Below are positions 60,217 to 64,000 of a stretch of DNA of 64,000 nucleotides, piece after piece. Within the stretch, counting starts at the first letter, position 1; the number at the start of each line of letters is the position of its first letter. The DNA lies in assembly GCA_965603825.1 (NCBI GenBank), contig CBFDEM010000062.1:682001-746000 (forward strand), given 5' to 3'. The DNA is from Blepharisma stoltei ATCC 30299. Taxonomy: Eukaryota > Protista > Ciliophora. The notes under the pieces were generated by a model. It made no database searches, had not been told where the DNA came from, and saw only the letters and a program-made list of their open reading frames with translations. Both the position numbers and the translations under genes were made by a program.

Positions 60217-61170
60217 CTACCAGTCTATAAATGGATCATCTGAAGTTCTTACTGGAGGCGATAAAGTGCCTGAGTCTGGGTAATGCGAAAAGTTTGACGT
60301 ATCATCTGGTGCTCTGATTGTAGGTCTGTATGGCATATCTAGCTGCTTTTGGAGCAATCTTATCCAGTCAAGTCCTGCATTCCATCGATGGTTTTTGATA
60401 TCATTCACCCCATTTTTCAAATTGCCATAACGCTTAGTAAGGTCTGCAACCAGTAAATGCTTGACTAAGCTCTTTGAGTTTTTATCGAAATTTCGAGGGA
60501 ATTTAACCTTCCCTTTGAGGATTTTTTGATAAATTGCCATCGGATCGTCATCACTAAAAGGGTCAATTCCAGCCTGCATTTCATAAATAATGATCCCCAG
60601 AGTCCACCAATCCACTGGCTTCCCATGGCCTTTATTTAATAAAATTTCTGGAGCTAAATACTCTGGTGTTCCACAAAGTGTATAAGTTCTCCCTTCAACT
60701 GTTTTTGCAAAGCCAAAATCAGTCAGCTTTAAATATCCGTCTGCTGAAATAAGTAAATTTTCTGGCTTTAAGTCTCTATAAACGATGTTTAGCGAATGCA
60801 TATATTCAAACATCAAGGTAATCTGAGCTGCATAGAGACGACAATGGTCGTTTTCCAGCTTTCCCACGTTGCGTAGATAACTGAAAAGTTCGCCACCAGG
60901 CACATAATCAAGTGCCAAGTACAAGTATCGATCATCTTGAGTGTAACCAATTAAATTCACCAGAAAAGGGTGACGGATCACACGAAGGATAGAAAACTCT
61001 GAAATGACATGGTCGACTTGCTTCATTCTGAGGATCTCGTATTTCTTTAGGATTTTCAAAGCCACGTAGTCGCCTGAGCGCTTAACACGGGCAAGGCGGA
61101 CTCTTCCGAACGAGCCTGTGCCTAATGTTTGGAGTATTTCTAAATCAGATAGAGCTAATCTTCTATCCAT
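60217..61170 (-). CDS. PKAC: cAMP-dependent protein kinase catalytic subunit
   Basis: LGTGSFGRV, YRDLKPEN, TDFGFAK, RTYTLCGTPEYLAPE, RYGNLKNGVNDIKNHRW, DTSNF. Confidence 0.95.
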   Translation of the reverse strand: MDRRLALSDLEILQTLGTGSFGRVRLARVKRSGDYVALKILKKYEILRMKQVDHVISEFSILRVIRHPFLVNLIGYTQDDRYLYLALDYVPGGELFSYLRNVGKLENDHCRLYAAQITLMFEYMHSLNIVYRDLKPENLLISADGYLKLTDFGFAKTVEGRTYTLCGTPEYLAPEILLNKGHGKPVDWWTLGIIIYEMQAGIDPFSDDDPMAIYQKILKGKVKFPRNFDKNSKSLVKHLLVADLTKRYGNLKNGVNDIKNHRWNAGLDWIRLLQKQLDMPYRPTIRAPDDTSNFSHYPDSGTLSPPVRTSDDPFIDW

Positions 61171-61284
61171 TTATATATCCAAAAATAAGCCAGGTTCTTG
61201 GAATTATTCACTATTATTTATCTAAAAATAAATTAAATGTATATTTTCCTGCATTTTTTATTAGGAATTACAATAAAAGATTTT

Positions 61285-63168
61285 TTAAAATATATCAGGA
61301 ATGTTAGTAAAGGAGCCACTTGATCTTTCTTCCCAGTATCCTCCAAGATATTTCCACTCGTTGCCTTCTAGACTAAACCACCGAGGGAAGTATTCACCTC
61401 CAGATTCCTGCAGAACTCTTCTGGCTGCTCTTTGTTTTTCTTCAAGTCTGAACTTTTCACTTATCGCAGTTTCTTCATCACCGTTTTCTAAAGCTCGCTG
61501 GTCTGGCCTACATCTGCTATCAGTTGGGCAGAGCCCTGGTACAGATTCTGGTGGGTTATTAAGCTGTAATGCGTAATCTGTCAAATGATAATAATATCTA
61601 TACTCCTCTGGAGAAGGCTCAACCTCATACCCTAAAATTTCTTCCCCTGATTTTTCATCTCTAATTATCAACCTTCTTGATCAAAGCCCAGAAATTGTAT
61701 ATCTTATGGTGCCATCAGGCTCTGTTATAGTCCCTTCTACTTCATGCTCTTTTTTGCTGAACCATCCTTTTTTCTTCATTTTTACAACTGCAGTGATACC
61801 ATTATTTTTATTAACAATCGTCTTTACTCCATGATGATCCAGAAACAGCTTGCCTATGATTATATTATTAGCATCAGTATATACTTTATTTCAGGTATAG
61901 TGGTCTTTGCATTTGTGGAGCATTAGGTTCACCGCTCCAACTGGCTTAATTCTAAGAAAAGTGCCTTTGAAGCTGCTTTTGGCTTGTAAATCTCCATAAT
62001 AAGTATAATTTTCGTGCTCACAGTATAGTGCAGCTACAGGAGGATGGTGGCTAACTTGTTCGGTAATTATTCGAAAGCCATCCCTTTGTAGCTCAAAGGT
62101 TTCACCAAGAAGAGGATTAAATGGCTTCATAGTCCTGCCTAATGTTGTAGCATACGGAGATACAGCGAAGCATGCTACTAAAGCAGCTCGAAGAGAAGGA
62201 TCAGGACACTCAGAAGCTCTATTAATAATGCTACTATATGTTAAATCTTCACTATATCGTTGCAGCATAGATAAAGGCTCATTAAAATAGACAGGAACGG
62301 CCATTTTGCTTAAATCCTTGCCAATGCTGTCTTTTAAGACTTTTCATATATTGTATTTTGCGTCGGGGTCTTTTTTGCAAGGAAGACAGTCTCGATGATA
62401 TAACTCCATTTGATCAGGAATGCTTGGAGACCTGTCATTGACAGGGACGCAAAATGATGGACTATATGAGCTTCTTGCATCAACAAATTCTTCGGTCCCG
62501 CATTCACTTACTATTTCGGGGTCATATGATTGTTTTCTATTCATTTGCGCTGGTAGGGTCATTCGTCTATCGTAAATTTGTTCATAATTTATGGTTTCCA
62601 TTTCTCTTAGCTTTTCCTCAAGATTTTCCATTTGCTTTTGGCAGTTAGAAGACTCTTCCTCTATTAGATTCACGGTATCCAAAGACAACGATTTAAACTC
62701 TTTTGCAGCATTCATCAAATCATGCAGAGACGGAGGAAAAGATGAAATTTCATCTTGCAGCAAGCTTAATTTCTCTTGCATAATTGACTCAAGAACTCAT
62801 AATCTGCTTATATAATTTAAAATATTTTGATATTTCTGTTGATCTTCTAAAGGTTCTATTCCTTTTAATTTGTCTTTTGAGCACCGCTCTTCGTCTTTTT
62901 GCGTCGATTTATTCTCTTTGAGGGCTTCAATTCAGAGTTTTGCATCATGGATTGTCAAGGCTTTAAGGTGAACTCGGGAGATCCCTGTATTTATTTCGAT
63001 CCTTTTTGGATCTTTATGTGGAATTACATCAGATATATCCAGATGGATTGCACCTTTATAGGGTTTGCCTTTATCATTAGAGTAATATAAAATTCCACTT
63101 GTTAGCACGAAATAGCGCCTGCACCAGCCAGAAACATAGTTGGTCCATTTTAAGAGAAATCCTTCCAT
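61285..63168 (-). CDS. Oxysterol-binding protein-related protein with N-terminal PH domain (~627 aa)
   Basis: PH GFLLKWTNYVSGW.RRYFVL; FFAT-like EEFVDARS; I[W]KVLKDSIGKDLSK, KPFNPLLGETF, EQVSHHPP, PTDSRCRPDQ; 5 TGA. Confidence 0.95.
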
Positions 63169-63271
63169 AGTATTTGCTTGTTTACTTTATTAAGAACTAA
63201 GAAAACTGTATGAAGGAGGGTTATTTTTAATAATTATTTGTTTAGGGAATAATTAAAGAAAGATATGTTTT

Positions 63272-63445
63272 TTATTGCTTTTTCTTACTGAGAATTTTAT
63301 TCACCTCTTCAGAAACTTGATTTTGTGGGCTGGTTTTCCATGATTTCTTCAGCATTAATAAATAAGCTACAAAGCAAAGCGCATGCACTAATAGAAGGAA
63401 ATAAACAAAATATCTGACTTCTGGGCTGAGGGTTTCTGGAAGCAT
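63272..63445 (-). CDS. 57-aa single-pass membrane microprotein, below ORF-track cutoff
   Basis: MLPETLSPEVRYFVYFLLLVHALCFVAYLLMLKKSWKTSPQNQVSEEVNKILSKKKQ*; higher-GC island with an A-rich leader before the ATG. Confidence 0.6.
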   Translation of the reverse strand: MLPETLSPEVRYFVYFLLLVHALCFVAYLLMLKKSWKTSPQNQVSEEVNKILSKKKQ

Positions 63446-63858
63446 TTATTTTATTATTATATTGAACCACTTAAAATTTATTTGAATTTAATTTATTAAA
63501 AGTGTATTTGCTGATATAGAAGTGCTAAATAAAGTAGTTTCAATAAAAATATAATTCACAGTGTGCTGATATTAAAAATCATAAAAATAATCTAATTTTC
63601 TGCTTAAAATTTAATTATTGATATGCTAAATGCCTTCTTTATATCAATGCTAATTTGATGAATAGGGTAAAATACGGAATAAAGTTCTTATAAATTTATC
63701 AAAAACAATAGATCATTGATAAATCATATTTTCTCTTATAAAAAGCACAAATTTTTCGTAAAAACAGTTTATCAAGTCCATTTTAATGAAATAATCTATA
63801 CTATTTTTAATTTAAATTATGCTCTAATCGTTTGTATAAATTAAGAGTATTAGGTACA

Positions 63859-63999
63859 CTAAGCTGCCGCTCGCTTTACTCTAACATCATCTTTCGATAA
63901 AAACGTTGTGTTTGGAGAATTGCACTGCAAAATTTCCCAGCTTCCTGCATCAAAAGTTTTCCAACTATTCCCAAAGCCCGAATACCATTTCTGTCCATT
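63859..63999 (-). CDS. C-terminal fragment of an unknown protein (5' end outside window)
   Basis: NGQKWYSGFGNSWKTFDAGSWEILQC...KRAAA*, ending TAG. Confidence 0.55.
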   Translation of the reverse strand, partial: NGQKWYSGFGNSWKTFDAGSWEILQCNSPNTTFLSKDDVRVKRAAA

Positions 64000-64000
64000 G

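Noticed and set aside
3227-63168. Split ORFs (ISWI, PEX1, SEC1, TM9SF, OSBP and others) as pseudogenes or separate genes
   Set aside because: The pieces are in the same frame and joined only by TGA at Trp positions or by 15-nt introns.
1-64000. Telomeric repeats, IESs, tRNAs, CRISPR arrays, intact transposons
   Set aside because: None seen by eye. Coding regions are uninterrupted apart from tiny introns, consistent with somatic DNA; intergenic IESs cannot be excluded without germline reads.

Overview
AT-rich, very gene-dense eukaryotic nuclear DNA from a heterotrich ciliate, most consistent with a Blepharisma-type somatic (macronuclear) chromosome. The supplied ORF track is misleading because it uses the wrong genetic code. 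In-frame TGA falls on conserved Trp positions (about 50 by my hand count), and every complete gene I reconstructed ends in TAA or TAG. The four in-frame TAA/TAG interruptions each sit inside a 15-nt GT-AG intron with A at position 10; two more such introns are candidates. With those rules about 40 protein genes can be rebuilt, including PEP mutase, ISWI, PEX1, a kinesin with a C-terminal F-box, a DHHC palmitoyltransferase, Sec1, TM9SF, a front-end desaturase, cathepsin C, PKA and an OSBP. One complete 18S-5.8S-28S unit with very short ITS1 (~35 nt) and ITS2 (~80 nt) sits between protein genes. A box C/D snoRNA 17 kb away carries guides matching that 28S. There is also a PP2C tandem array with decaying gene copies. 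The most novel-looking items are the kinesin-F-box fusion, a HEXIM-like PHNTTQYL mini-protein, the dual-guide snoRNA, a pseudoprotease-Kelch fusion, a SABATH methyltransferase, an EGF-TM-RING ligase whose introns could act as switches, and apparent UGA avoidance in housekeeping genes. All coordinates were derived by hand; rRNA and pseudogene boundaries are approximate.
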